DNA of 64,000 bases from Squalus acanthias. Taxonomy: Eukaryota. The stretch covers positions 54,314,001 to 54,378,000 of the forward strand of contig CM059432.1 in NCBI GenBank assembly GCA_030390025.1. The letters are read 5' to 3'. This document shows, one piece after another, positions 12,600 through 25,799 of the stretch (within the stretch, counting starts at the first letter, position 1; each line of letters begins with the position of its first letter). Made by a program: the position numbers and the translations under genes. The notes below the pieces were generated by a model. That model was not told the origin of the DNA and did no database searches. It saw only the letters and a program-made list of their open reading frames with translations.

Positions 12600-14381
12600 G
12601 GATGGAACCGTGGTGGTCAATTCCAGAAGTCAAGCCCTGAGGACCTGGATGCAGTGCCGCAAAAAGTTCAATGACCTCACACGAGTGGTCAAGGTCAGTG
12701 AATTAATTGTCAATTGCTATATCCCACCATCTGCACCACTAGCCTCATGCAATGCACCACACTCCAATCACTCATCTACCAACAATCTCTATCAAACAGG
12801 ACTCATACCTCACATTCATAGCTTCACCTCACATGCACACACTTACTGCTGCAAGCCTCACACCCACATCTCACAGTTTGCACTCACTGCCAGCTATTCA
12901 ACCATGACAGCCACATCACCCAAACACATTGCACCACACTCACTGAAAAACTTCCCTCTCTCTTGCAGGACAAATTGGTGCATAACTGAAGGCAGCAAGA
13001 GCTAACCAGTGGGGGATAGGCAGGCCTGCATGACCTTACCCTAATGGAGGAGACGGTGGTCGCCATCATTGGAGTGGCCATTGCTGAGGCCGTGGCCAGC
13101 GGCAGAGCTGAATCAATTGAAGATGACGGTATCCTCATACATGATTCTCCTCCTCACCTCCCACTTCTCCCTCATCCTACAATGTCTTTTGATTTAAAAG
13201 TTGCAGATTGTAAGTATTCACCTCTTACTTCCCCCCACCACCCCGCCCCACCCCCTCCACTCACTGCAACCCTACCCTTGTGCCTTCTCTTTTCAGATAC
13301 CCAAGAACTGCAACCTGGCCAGGCCGTAGTGGTGGAGCAATAGGTGGAAGAGGAAGAAAGCAGAGATGTTGAAGACACAGCACCATCACTTGATTTCACA
13401 CTCGCAGCCACAAGCTCAGATACTGACACGCCGCATACTTTAGAGGATAGCTTAGATGCAGTATACGCACATGGTGAGACACCGGGCACGAGTGCCCTGC
13501 AGCTAGGGCAGGGGACAAGGGTAGCTCAGGTGCCAGCTCCCCGGAGGGCAAGGTCACACACGAGTTCTGCTGCAGAGGACTCAGATGAGGACTTCGATGG
13601 GGCGGCCTACAGAAGAAAGCTGATGGCTATGCACAATGAAATTCTTGGTGTATTGGCAGACCTGCCAGAAACCTTGTGTGCAATGTCAAGGAGCTTAGAG
13701 GAGTCCAGCACCAACTTGGCACAGGGCTTTGCACAGAGGTTGGAGCCCATCCTTTCCAGCATGGAACTGGTGGCCAACTCCATTAGCGCATTTGTGGAAC
13801 CAACCATGATGCAGCATCTGATGGCCAATGTCTCAGCTTCCATTGCAGCACAAACAGAAGCCACCCAATGTCTGGGTGTTGCAGTGGAAGCTCAGACTTC
13901 TGTCATGCAAACTCAGACTGTTCTCATGCAGGCTCAGCTTGCTGCTGCGCAAGTTCAGACTGCTGCCATCATGGCTGCACTTACCAGTGTTCAAAGGGGC
14001 TTGCAGGGTGTCACAGCAGTCCAGCAATCTCTCCTCCAGCACAATACTAGGATTGATGAGGCACCACCCCGAGGGAGTGGCAGTGGCTCTGTGGAGGACG
14101 AACCTACTGTCCTTTCTCAGGATGACAGCATTCATCCTTCCACTCCTGCCACTCCACCAGTGCCCTTGCTGTTGCCTGTCAGCCAGCCAGCCCAGACTGC
14201 TGCCACCCATGCTGAGATGGTGCAGTCCAAAGTCGGGCCTTCTAAGCCCAGAGCTGCTCGAGGTCGTCCTCCAAGGCCATCTGCAGTGTCCTCCACTGGA
14301 AATCGACAGCCTTCCACCAGCAATGCGGCAGCCACTGGGTTAGCACTGCGTAGGAGCACTAGAACAGGCAAAGGCACATAA
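12600..14381 (+). pseudogene. Harbinger Myb/SANT-like DNA-binding gene, 3 exons (..12693, 12969-13128, 13297-14381), with stops
   Basis: RTWMQCRKKFNDLTRVVK|GT..AG|DKLVHN*RQQELTSGG..LTLMEETVVAIIG|GT..AG|DTQEL; phases are consistent; long coiled-coil/low-complexity exon 3 (ORF 13344..14381). Confidence 0.85.
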
Positions 14382-14977
14382 AGGACAGGCACTAAGGGAA
14401 TCCACAAGGGTGATTAGCTTACCTTTGAATGCAATATGGCATGATTCATAATTTGTTTTGGAATGTTTATTTTGTGTTAGCTTTTATTTCTGCACTGTGT
14501 CCAAATGGACGCTGAAATGGTCAGTGACAGAGGGAAGGTAAGGTGTGGGACTGTTTGTGAATGTCGTATTGGGGTTGCATTTACTGGTATCACAGCTGGA
14601 TGAGTCGATCACGGATAGCCTGGCCAGAAAGTGGTTGTCTGGGTTGCCTCCTTCTTGCCTCCTGTAGGAATTATTTATTAATTTCCCATCTTCCATGTTG
14701 GGTGTTAGAGTGGGGTTCATAGACCTGCATCCACCTTAACAGAAAACACACACAGATAAACTATCTCTCAGAGATCTTTTATTTAACCACTAACTCACAG
14801 ATTAAATAACAATCCAACTTGACCTGTCCTGGAGTCTTCAAGTGCCTGGTGGCCAAACCAACGATCATTTAAAATCTGTTGAATCTTTAGACGTCTTCTT
14901 TCCTTTAGACCAGGACATGTTTGTCCTGGCTGATTGAAGTAAAAAAATTTGGTATTGTGTTAGTTCTTATATTCTTT

Positions 14978-16681
14978 GGCTGCAAAATTTGGTACGTTAG
15001 CGCCTCGCATTAACGCCTGGTGGGGGCGCTAACGGGGTGCTAAGGGGTTAGCGCCCGGGCGCGGCAAATGCAGCAACGCCCGTGATCTTCAGTGTCGGTT
15101 TAGCGCAGGTGCTAACTCTTAACGCCTGGGCCTCTAGCGCCTCGCAGATCGTGACGTCATAAAGTATGCAGTGCCCCGTTATCATCCCGGATGGAAAATT
15201 GACTCTCGCCCCCCTGCTTTATTGCCTCTCGCCGACAACGCCAGCAAGAGGAGGCATTGTGAATTCGGCTAGCCGCTTCGGGAGCGGTAATTAAAGGGAA
15301 TGCTTTTCAGCTAGTGCAGCCTTTATTATTTGCAACAGTCTGGTGCCTCCGCAAAGTCTTTAATGTTTCATTGGTGCAAGATAACCAAGCCCTCCACTTT
15401 GAGAGAGTGTTTGGGGAGAGAGCGGGAATATGGTATTTTGTGAATGGATGCGAGATTGAGGCGGGACAGCTGCTTGTCGTGTCAATATCCCACCTCCATC
15501 CTCGCCTGACCAACCAGAGGGATTTTCCCCTGATTGAGCTTGTTAAGCCCGCCCTGCGGGCTCAGCAGGCCAATTAGGGAGGAAGTCACTGACAGATCAC
15601 GTCAACGTCAGACGTGCTATCTGTCAAGACTTCTTGAAAGAAGAAATGTCAGCTCTGTGAAGCTGTCAAACACTGACATTCTCTGTAGTTTGATGAGTCC
15701 TTGTGTTCAGGACTCATTAGACCTTTCAAATTTGTAAATTTCACATGGCTATTGGAACGGAGGTTCCAACTGTGAAATTGACAAGCAGGATGTCGGCTCT
15801 CCCGATCCACCGCGGCTGAAGGCTGTAGAAAGAAAACAAGGTAACTGAACACTTTTTTAAACTTATCACTCACCTTGCATACTTACCACTCCACACTTGC
15901 ACCCATCACTCACCTCTACACCTTACTTCCAGGTGCCTCCGACCACCGCAGACCTCCTCCACGTCTCCTCCAACCTGGCGGGCTTCTCCGAGGTCGGGAA
16001 GCCTTCACCTGTGAAGGTAAAATGGTACTAATCCTTTTTTCTGCCTGCTAACAGGCAGTTAAAAGGATTAAATGCATTTCCCGCCTCCAGGAGACGGGAC
16101 CCGAAGCTGCACATCTTCCCGCCTCCTGGCAAAAGGGCACGGAGGCGGGATGGGGGCGGCTTTGCCATCCGCCCCCACTTTCTCCGAGTTTAGCGGCTGT
16201 CCCGCCTCCATGCCCGCCTCCTCGGGGCTTGGAAAATCCAGCCCAGAGGATCAGCCATGATCATATTGAATGGCGGAGCAGGCTCGAAGGGCCGAATGGT
16301 CTACTCCTGCTCCTATTTTTCTATATTTCTATGTTTGGGGCTGTAATGGCAGTTGCCCAGGTCGCCTTGCAAAACAGAACTGATGACAACTAGCTTGTGC
16401 AGCATCATTGGCCCTTCCCGTTAAGTGAGGGAAGCAGCCTCTGTGATGAAAGAGTGCCGTTTACAATGCGCTCAAAATTGTTTAACACTCTGCCGCTACT
16501 GCCCCGCTCTCGGACTTTAGTGCCCTAAGAGAAGTGGTTAGTGCTTGATTTAGCACTCCACTTCCCTCTTGGAGCGCGAAAATTAAATTTTGTGGGAGGC
16601 GAGAATGATTAACGCCTGGCGCTAATTTTTCAACTTTAAAGTTTTAGCGCCCCAAACGGGGCTATACCGAATTTCTCCCCC
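14978..16681. mobile_element. GC-rich Harbinger-type MITE containing a CR1 tail and a second MITE
   Basis: Ends ggctgcaaaatttggta / taccgaatttctccccc; subterminal gcgcc/gcgcta repeats shared with 43987-44884; flanks ttt/att (one mismatch). Confidence 0.7.
15435..16244. mobile_element. MITE of the gggctggatttt family inserted into a CR1 3'UTR fragment
   Basis: Ends ..gaaaatccagccc; body matches the reverse complement of 32998-33835; CR1 3'UTR resumes at 16245 (agaggatcagccatg). Confidence 0.7.
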
Positions 16682-17036
16682 ATTGTGTCCAGACTTCTCT
16701 CATGATTCTCACTTGCACATCTCAATGATTGGTTCCTTCAAGCATGGCTATTTACCTTGCTGTTCATGGTTGGTTCAAAGTTTAGTGGGGTTATCTCATC
16801 ATGCATGTCACTTGTTGAAGTTTAATGAGGGTCTTATCTCAAGACAGTGCCAGTTGGTTCTGATGATCCCATAGCAACCCTACATTTGTCCTTGGTTGCA
16901 AGCTGCCTTTGTCTGATATAATGTCTGTTAAAATGTTCCTCCATATTCCTGTTTCTCAACTTGCATTTTAATGTAGTTTACCATCATTAAAAGTTCTTCT
17001 AGTTGATAGGCATGTTTAATACAGATTTTTCCTTCA

Positions 17037-17072
<36 letters not shown>

Positions 17073-19704
17073 CTCGTCAGTTGCTCGCCATATGGCTGGT
17101 GGGAAGGGCTGTGCCCTCATGATAGTGAGGTTGTGCAGCATGCAGCAGACCACAACAAATCACGACACCCGCTCTGACGAGTACTGCAGGGCTCTTCCAG
17201 AGCGGTCCAGGCAGTGGACGCGTTGCTTCAGCATGCCAATGGTCTGGTCAATGATTTTTCATTTGGCAGCATGGTTTTCGTTGTATGAATACTGCCCACG
17301 TGTGCATGGGTTGTGCATGAGAGTCATAAGCCATATTGTTAACAGATAGCCCTCGTCGCCCAGTAGCTACCCTCTGGTTTGTCATGGTGGCTCAAATGCA
17401 GATGGGACAGCGGACTGCCACAGAAAGAAGGCATCATGACTGCTGCCAGGATACCGGGCATTCACCTGCATGATTTGCTGAGCATGGTCGCACACCAGCT
17501 GGACATGGAGAGAGTGGAATCCCTTTCAGTTGCCATACATCTCAGAGTTTACGTGTGGCTCCTGCAAAGCAACATGCGTGCAGTCAATGGCACCCTGCAC
17601 CATGAGGAAGCCTGCAATCCTCGCGAAACCTCGTGCTCGCTCCACCTGCTGCTCTCTGGTCATGGAGAAGGAAATGTATTCAGCTCTCTTGGAATACAGA
17701 GCCTCAGTTATGTCCTTTATGCAACAGTGCATGGCAAACTGGAAGATGTTGCAAATAACTCCTGCTTCAGTGTGGAAGGAGTCCGACACATAAAAGTTCA
17801 TGGCCACCGTGACCTTCACAGCCACTGGCAAAGCGGTCCTCACCCTGCTCTGAGGTTGTAGTTGTGGCTGCAGCAGGTGGCAGATTTCAGTGAGGACGTT
17901 CTGGCTGAGGTTGAGGCAGGAGAATTGCTCCCTGAACACCATGGGCGGATATGGCCTCCTGTGGAGAGCCCTTCTCCCCCTCCTCCTCCTCCTCCTCCCT
18001 CTTCCCACAGCTTATCCTGCTCTGTGTCACCTCTGCTCATTCTCCCGGTCATGCTGTAGGCCAAGAGGAATGCCTACTAGTGCACCCATGTCTTGGAGCA
18101 AGTGATCTGTGCAGAATCCTTGAAGTCAGGACAAAGTCCTTCAGCACCTGCCACACCACTCCCTGTAGACTTTAGCAACATTAAATAACTGTACAAACCA
18201 CCAAACATTTCTACAAACTCAGCAACAGCCAGTAGAAATCAACCAGCAACCAACCTGTCAGTAGGTGATGATCGCATTAAATAGCTCTGGTAGGGGGGTC
18301 CTTCCAGCTGCTGAACGCTGGTTCAGTTGTGCGAGCTTGAGAGGGCATAGGTTGCAGGTCAGCCATGACCTCATTGAATGGCAGAACAGGCTTGAGGGGC
18401 TGAATGGCCTACTCCTGTTCCTATGATGTGTCAGTCTATATTATATACCCAAATCTCTGGTGTCGATGAATCCACATTCTTCTGACTCAGAGGTGAGAGT
18501 ACTACTACTGAGCTATGGCTGACACCTAAGAAGTAAATTGACCACAGTAAACTGGGCTGAACTGTTAATGGATCAACCTACAGACAAATAGTGGGAAGTA
18601 TTCAAAGTATTTGGTACAGTACAAAACCAGTATATACACCTAAAAGGAGAACAACCACCTTATCTCCAAAAAAAATCACTGCAACCACTAGTATTGAAGA
18701 AAATAAATCTTCACATAAAAACAGTCCCAGAAAGTTCCTTTTGAGGAAAGTTTTGGAAGTTGCATTTTAGAAGCTTACCTGTTATATAGAATTTCTTTAG
18801 GAACAAGCAATAAATAAACACATACCCCTAATGAGGACTCAGAAACTGAGCTCATTTAACATTTTCTGCCTCAGTTTGTGCACAACAAAGATTGGAAGTG
18901 AGAATAACATCTGATTGGCTCTTGTTCCAGCTCCAAACTATTTGGTTCTGATAGGCTCCAGTTCCACTTTATAAATGGTCTGATTGGTCGATACTGATCA
19001 TTTCCAGTGCCAATTAAACAAATTTGATATTTCTTGTAAAATGCAAGTTGACCTGTGGATTGAAAAGCTGCTGTCAGCTTAAAAAGCGGATGGTTTGGCA
19101 TGTATGGAAGTGGTCACAAGATCCAAGTTTAACAGGAACAGAACTAAATCAGAATACTTGAAAGAAATGCAGACATTTGGGCAATGGAGTTTAGATGATA
19201 TCATTCTATACAATCTAGAGTAAAGGAGGAAGATGCAATGGATCTATCAGTATGAATTTGTATTTCTGATCCATTAGTTTTACCTGTCTCTCTGACGAAT
19301 TTTCATTTGTAAATTGAGTTGGACTTCCTGATACTCAAGAAAGGACAATGGAATATTTGGGCCATCAAGAATACCTGCATAAATGACAGCAAATATTCCA
19401 AAAAGCAAGCACTATCAGACAGCAACAAAAACACCAGATATGACCGACTCATTTGCAGAGTTATTGCAATGCACTCCACAAGGAGCTCTATGGCTAACCG
19501 AATCTCAGTAGATGATCAGCAAAACCTGTACACTTACTCCTTTCAATATGGAATCACTGAGGAAAGTAGTAGGTTAGTTGTCATATGTCACAAACAAACC
19601 ACAAGTAGAAAGGGAAGCATGGTGCTTCACACAGATAATGTTCACAAACTACAACGGATTCAATAAATAAACTGCATTTAGTTTAATCATTTTGCTGAGA
19701 ATTT

Positions 19705-19893
19705 ATGGAGGTAATTTTTACCTTACCCACCTGGCAGGAAGCTGATGGCATTGGGTCAGCCACCCATTTTACACACACCAGATTTTCCCTCCATTGACTT
19801 CAATAGGGTGTAAAATCAGGCGGGTGTAAAACAGGCAGCCGACCCAAGCCCGTCAGTTTCCAACCAGGTGAGGTAGGTTATAATTACCTCCAT
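19705..19893. mobile_element. Short MITE (about 190 bp)
   Basis: 12-bp inverted ends atggaggtaatt / aattacctccat; central near-palindrome ccattgacttcaatagg. Confidence 0.65.
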
Positions 19894-19915
19894 GTGTCCA
19901 AGATAGAAATATATT

Positions 19916-20405
19916 GGGCTGGATTTTGATACTGGGGTGGGTTGGGGTCGTGTCATCCGCATTTCGTGTTATCCACCCGACTGCAATTGGATGTGGGAGA
20001 TTGATGCAATTTTCACCTAATTGGGCAATTGAGTTCCAGCATGTGGGAACCCATGAACCAATTAGTGTTTTCAGTCTGAAAGTCGCCTTTGATGATGTCA
20101 TCATTGCTGCTGCATTGCAGGTCAGAGACTGCCTGGGCTTTGCTGTGAGAGGACCTGGATGCAAAATGAGCAGCAGCTCAGAGAGAGAGAGAGAGAGAGA
20201 GAGAATGATTGATTGATTGTTAAGGGCTTTAATGGCCTCTCCCGCCTCTTGGAGGCGGGACGGAGACGGGACCACCGCACACGATTTCATCAAAATTGCG
20301 TGGAGGCGGAATGGAGGTCCGATCGGGTCCGCCCGCCACTTTTCACAATTTTAACCCCCCACACGCCTCCAAACCCGCCTCCACGGGTCAATGAAAATCC
20401 AGCCC
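19916..20405. mobile_element. Harbinger-type MITE
   Basis: Perfect 12-bp TIR gggctggatttt / aaaatccagccc; ATT TSD; internal (GA)n. Confidence 0.85.
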
Positions 20406-20489
20406 ATTGTATTTGAGGAATTGTACAGGTGGTCTGGAAAGGTTAATTTGCAGATGTGGGTTGCAGGTTTAAGAAATGAGCAACCTCTG

Positions 20490-23400
20490 ACACACATTGG
20501 AAAGCATCTTGGATTAGTGCCTGGCACTCCAGTATTCCTTGCTGCATGGGTGGTTTAGCAGCTAATTTCTCTTTGTCACCTTTGCTCGCCTGCTCTGCCA
20601 TGGTTTTAGCATTTGGTTCTCCCTCCATCATGATGCCTTCTTGCAGTGTGAAATTATGTGTCATGAAGCAAATAGTTATTTATGGGATCCTTGGGCATCT
20701 GTAATGTAAGACAGTACTTTGAGACATTATAAACATTGGTTCAAGATCTCAATGGTATGCTGGATAATCATTCCGTTTGCAGCACAAACCGTGTTTTGCC
20801 TATGTTCTGCTTCTATCAGTTTTTGCTACAAGGGTGTCTGGAGCTTTGGCTTGCAAAGAGTATCCTTGGTCTCCAAGCAGCCATTCATCCAGTCTTCCTT
20901 CCACTTCAAAGTAAGATCTTAAAGATGTATTTTGGAGATCCTTGAGTCAAAATTTCATAGACCTCGTAGCTGCCCAAAGTTCTGCTCTCAGACAGATCAA
21001 AAGACATGATGAGAGAGTGGCCAGCAGTGGCACCATGTCTGCAGTAGTCATGCACGAAGCAGCACAGTTGATTTCCTTAAAATGAAACCATTATGGAAAC
21101 ACATGGAAGGGTAAGGAATTCACATGCATTGTTCTGTGCAAGTGTATACTGATGGAATAAAAGTCCTTATAGTTCATATAGGACCATGAATTGTAGAGGC
21201 CCAAATAGCAACATGGATTCAATAATGGTCCCCTGCCCTCTTGGAAAGCCTGGAGACCTGCACATTGTGCTTTCTGTCATAATATAGAATCATAGAATAG
21301 TACAGCACAGAAGGAGGCTATTCGGACCATCGAGTCTGCGCCGGCTCTTTCGAAGAACAATCCACTTAGTCCCACTCCACCTCTCTTTCCCCATATCCCT
21401 GCAATTATTTCTCCTTCAAGTATTTATCCAATTCCCTTTTGAAGGCTACTATTGAATCTGTATCCACCACCCTATCAGGCAGTGCATTCCAAGTACTAAC
21501 CACTCGTTGCGTAAAAAAGTTTTTCCTCATGTTGCCTCTGGTCACCTCCAATCACCTTAAATCTGAGCCCTCTCATTATCAACCCTTCAGCCATTGGAAA
21601 CAGTTTCTCTTTATTTACTCTATCTAAATCCTTCATGATTTTAAACACCTCTATCAAATCTCCTCTTAGCCTTCTCTGCTCCAAGGAAAACAACCCCAGC
21701 TTCTCGAGACTATCCACGTAACTGTATTCCCTCTTCCCTGGAACCACTCTAGTAAATCTCTTCTGCAACCTCCCCAAAGTCTTCACGTCCTTCCTAAAGA
21801 TATTGTACCCAGAATTGGACACAATACACCAGCTGGGGCCGAACTAGAGTTTTATAAAGGTTTAGGATTACATTCCTTGCTCTTGTACTCTATGCCTCTA
21901 TTTATAAAGCCCAGGATCCCATATGCTTTATTAACTGTTTTATTAACCTGTCCTGCCACCTTCAAAGATTTGTGCACAAGCACACCCGTGTCTTTGTTCT
22001 TGCACCCCCTTTAAAATTGTACCATTTAGTGTGTATGGTTTCTCCTCATTGTTCCTACCAAAATGTATCACCTCACACTCCTCTGCATTTAATTTCATCT
22101 GCCATGTGTCTGCCCATTCCTCCTGCCTATCTAGGTCTTCTTGAAGTCTATTAATATCTTCCTCACTGTTTACTGCACTTCCAAGTTTCGTGTCATCTGC
22201 AAATTTTGAAATTGTGCCCTGTACCCCCAAGTACAAGTGATTAATGTTATCAAAAACAGCAGTGGTCCTATTACTGAATCTTGGGGAACGCCACTGTATA
22301 CCTCCCTCCAGTCCGAAAAACAGCCATTCACCACAACTCTATATTTTCTATCCTTTAGCCAATTTTGTATCCATGCTGCTACTGTGCCTTATACCCCATG
22401 GGCTTCAATTTTGCTACACGCCTAGTATGTGGTACTTTATCAAACGCCTTTTGAAAGTTCATATACACAACATCAACTGCACTGCCCTCATCCACCCTCT
22501 CTGTTACCTCATCAAAAAACTCAATCAAGTTAATCAAACACGATTTGCCCTTAACAAATCCATGCTGGCTCTCCTTTATTCATTCATGCTTGTCCAGGTG
22601 GCAATTAATTTTCTCCCGGATTATTGTTTCTAAAAGCTTCCCCACCATCGACGTTAAACTGACTGGCCTGTAATTGTCAGGTTTATCCTTCTCCCCTTTT
22701 TTGAACAAGGGTGTAACATTTGCAATCCAACTGTCCTTTGGCACCACCCCGTATCTAAGGAGGATTGGAAGATTGTGGCCAGCACCTACGCAATTTCTAC
22801 CTTTACTTCCCTCAGTAACTTCAGATGCATTCCATCCAGACCGGGTGACTTATCTACTTTAATTACCACCAACCTGTCTAATACCTCCTCTTTATCTATT
22901 TTATCTCATCCAGTATCCCAGCAACCTCCTCTTCCTTGGTAAACACTGATGTAAAGTAGTCATTTAGTACCTCAGCAATGCCTTCTGCCTCCACCAATAG
23001 TTCTCCATTTTGGTACCTAATCGGCCTCACCACTCCTCTGACAACCTTTTTACTATTAATATGCCTATAGAAGACCTTTGGATTCCCCTTTATGTTAGCC
23101 GCCAATCTATTCTCGTACTGCCTCTTTGCCCCTCTTTTTAGTTTTTTCACTTCTCTGTACTTTTTATATTCAGCCTGATTCTCACTTGTATTATCAAGCT
23201 GACATCTGTCATACGCCCCCTTTTACTGCTTCATCTTACTCTCCAGCTCCTTCATCATCCAGGGAGTTCTGGCTTTGGTTGCCCTCCCTTTCTCCCTTAT
23301 AGGAATGTACCTAAACTGTACACGAACCATCTCCTCTTTAAAGGTCGCCCATTGCTCCATTACATTTTTGCCTGCCAGTTTTGACTCCAATTTACCCGGG

Positions 23401-24640
23401 CCAGGTCCTTCCTCAGTTTGCTAAAATTAGCCCTCCTCCAGTTAAGTATTTTTATTCTAGATTGCTCCTTGTCCTTCTCTATAACTAATCTAAACCTTAC
23501 AATACTATGGTCACTATTCCCGAGATGCTCTCTAAATGTGACATTCTCCACTTGACCCACTTCATTCCCCAGAACCAGATCCAGCAATGCCTCCTTCCTC
23601 GTTGGGCAGGAAACATACTGATCAAGAAAATTCTCCTGAACACACTTCAGAAATTCCTCCCCTTCTCTGCCCTTAACACAATCACTGACCCATTCAACAT
23701 TGGGGTAATTAAAGTCTCCCATTATCACTACTCTATAGTTCTTGCGCCTCAGTAATTTATTTGCCAATATGCTCCTCTATATCCTTCCCACTATTTGGTG
23801 GCCTATAAAATACACCCAGTAGTGTAATAGCTCCTTTATTGTTTCTCAACTCCAACCAAGTAGACTCTGTCTTTGACCCCTTAAGGAAATTCTCTCTTTC
23901 TAGCACTGTAATATTTTCCTTAATCAAAACTGTTACCCCTCCTCCTCCTCTTCCTTCGCTATCTTTCCTGAATACCTTCTACTCAGGAATATTAACCATC
24001 CAATCCTCCCTTTTTTGAGCTGGGTCTCAGTTATCACCACTACATCATATTCCCCACGTGGCTATTTGCACCTGCAGCTCACCAACCTTATTAACCACAC
24101 TTTGTGCATTTACACACATGCACTCCAAACCTAACTTAGACTTCTTTGTATTTTCCATGATCCCACCTAATTCTGTATCATTTCTAACTCTAACTGTCTC
24201 TCCCAATCCTCTGTGCACCTTGTTTCTACTTTTTAATACTACATGCTGGTGCCCAACCCCCTGGCAAATTAGTTTAAACCCACCCCCTCTGCACTAGTTA
24301 ACATGCCCGCAAGGATATTGGTCCCAGCTCTGTTCAGGTGCAACCCGCCCATCTTGAACAGCTCCCTCCTGCCACAGATCTGGTCCCAATGTCCCAGGAA
24401 TCTGAAGCCCTCCCTCCTGCACCATACTGCTGCTGGTCAGTGAAAAAAGTAATGAAGTCATTGCCCTGATACAACCTCTCTGATATATCTGTGGACAGCA
24501 AACTAGCTGGCACTGCAAATGTTAACAGTGCTGGTCTGGATGGAACCCAATACACCAAAAACAGCAGGCCATGGACACTTGGTTAGCCTCTGTCAGTGTC
24601 ATATAGGTGTCTGATCATATCTAGAGATCTGCAATGAGGA
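20490..24640 (-). pseudogene. Ancient, heavily decayed Harbinger transposase split by the CR1 at 21285-24427
   Basis: Hand translation, in colinear order: LGSIQT..ISERLY.GNDFITF (24440-24590) | PGFPRGQG..HVAI..YMNYKDFYSI..WLLGDQGYSL..ICFMTHNFTL..QALIQDAF (20490-21280). Confidence 0.75.
21285..24427 (-). mobile_element. CR1 LINE (end of ORF1, endonuclease, RT, 3' tail) with internal deletions
   Basis: ORFs with MGDFNYP..LDLVL..SDH, KFADDTKLG, LGLFSLEQRRLRGDL; tail reads atagaatcatagaat on +. Confidence 0.95.
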
Positions 24641-24741
24641 GATGACACACTCTATCAGAGTTCCCTCCATAGCCTCAACTACTTAAAGCCCAGCATTTCA
24701 ATCAATCATAGTTAACTGTGTCTGGGCAGAAGACAAAAACA

Positions 24742-25200
24742 ACAAGTTGCATTTATATAGCACTGTTAATGTAGTAAAACTTCCCACGGCGCTTTACAGG
24801 AGCTTTATCAAACAAAATTTGACATCGAGCCACATAAGGAGATATTAGGGCAGATGAGAGGTTGGTTTTAAGGAGCATCTTAAAGAAGGAAAGAGAGGCG
24901 GAGAGGTTTAGGGAGGGTTAGGGCATCGGCAGCTGAAGGCACGGCCGCCAATGGTGGCACGATCAAAATCAGGGATGAGCAAGAGGCCAGAATTGGAGAA
25001 GCGCAGATATCAGAGGATTGTAGGGCTGGAGGAGATTACAGAGATAGGGAGTGGCGAGGCCATGCAGCGATTTAAAAACAAGGATGAGAATTTTAAAATT
25101 GAAGCATTGCTCAACCAGGTGCCAATGCAAGTCAGCGAGCACAGGGGTGATGGGTGAACGGGACTTGGTGCGAGTTAGAATACGGGCAGCAGAGTTTTGG
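24742..25200 (-). mobile_element. L2 LINE 3' fragment
   Basis: SAARILTRTKSRSPITPVLADLHW..FKSLHGLATPYL (L2 ORF2 C-terminus); ..gctatataaatgcaa tail. Confidence 0.85.
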
Positions 25201-25799
25201 CTGATGGAAAAGAACTGGGAACCCAGATGTTCAGAAAAAAAATTAATCTGATCATTTAGCTGGTCAAAAAATATATAGCAGTTTACAAACTGTGTGCTGA
25301 AATCAATCAATCATAATAACAGGCAACACTGTACTTCAGGCAACAGTTAAGTGACCAGATCTTGTAATCTAATTTTGTTGAAATTTTGTGATTCACATTT
25401 TTCCAGGAAATAACAGTGCCCCAGCTTAAATAAATCGCTGCTTCTGTAGTTAAACTCTGTATTTAATAAGCAATCATTAGATTTGTTGATAAATATATAC
25501 GTTTTACTGCAAGTGTAGGACGAATAATACACAACAGCCTCAGCAGGAAGGAATGGGTGGATAAGGATAAAAGGGAATGACATAACAGAAACCGAGGTGT
25601 GAATTCTTCTGGGAAGTGCTGTCAAGGCCATTTTAGCCATTCACTTGTCAATTTTACAGATGCAAGAACCCAAATGTCTCTAGTGAGGCTGAAGACTGAC
25701 TGGACAAGAACGGCTAATTAGTTAGTCTCAAACTATTTAAGTTAATTTCTGTCTAACTTCAGTAACATTTCTTGCCTTTCACAGATAATACAAACAACT

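Larger units (their letters stand above)
14520..18090 (-). pseudogene. Harbinger DDE transposase (HARBI1-like), interrupted by nested insertions at about 14663-17023
   Basis: ORF 17526..18008 TALPVAVKVTVAMNF..ITEALY..IAGF..QGAIDCTHVAL; downstream LGDEGY, TIGMLKQR, VVCCMLHNL. Confidence 0.9.

Noticed and set aside
13344..14381. 345-aa ORF as a novel host gene
   Set aside because: It is exon 3 of the multi-copy Harbinger Myb-like gene, and upstream coding sequence carries stops.
17526..18008. Domesticated HARBI1 gene
   Set aside because: Multi-copy in the window, frameshifted and interrupted; these are transposon copies, so no gene symbol is given.
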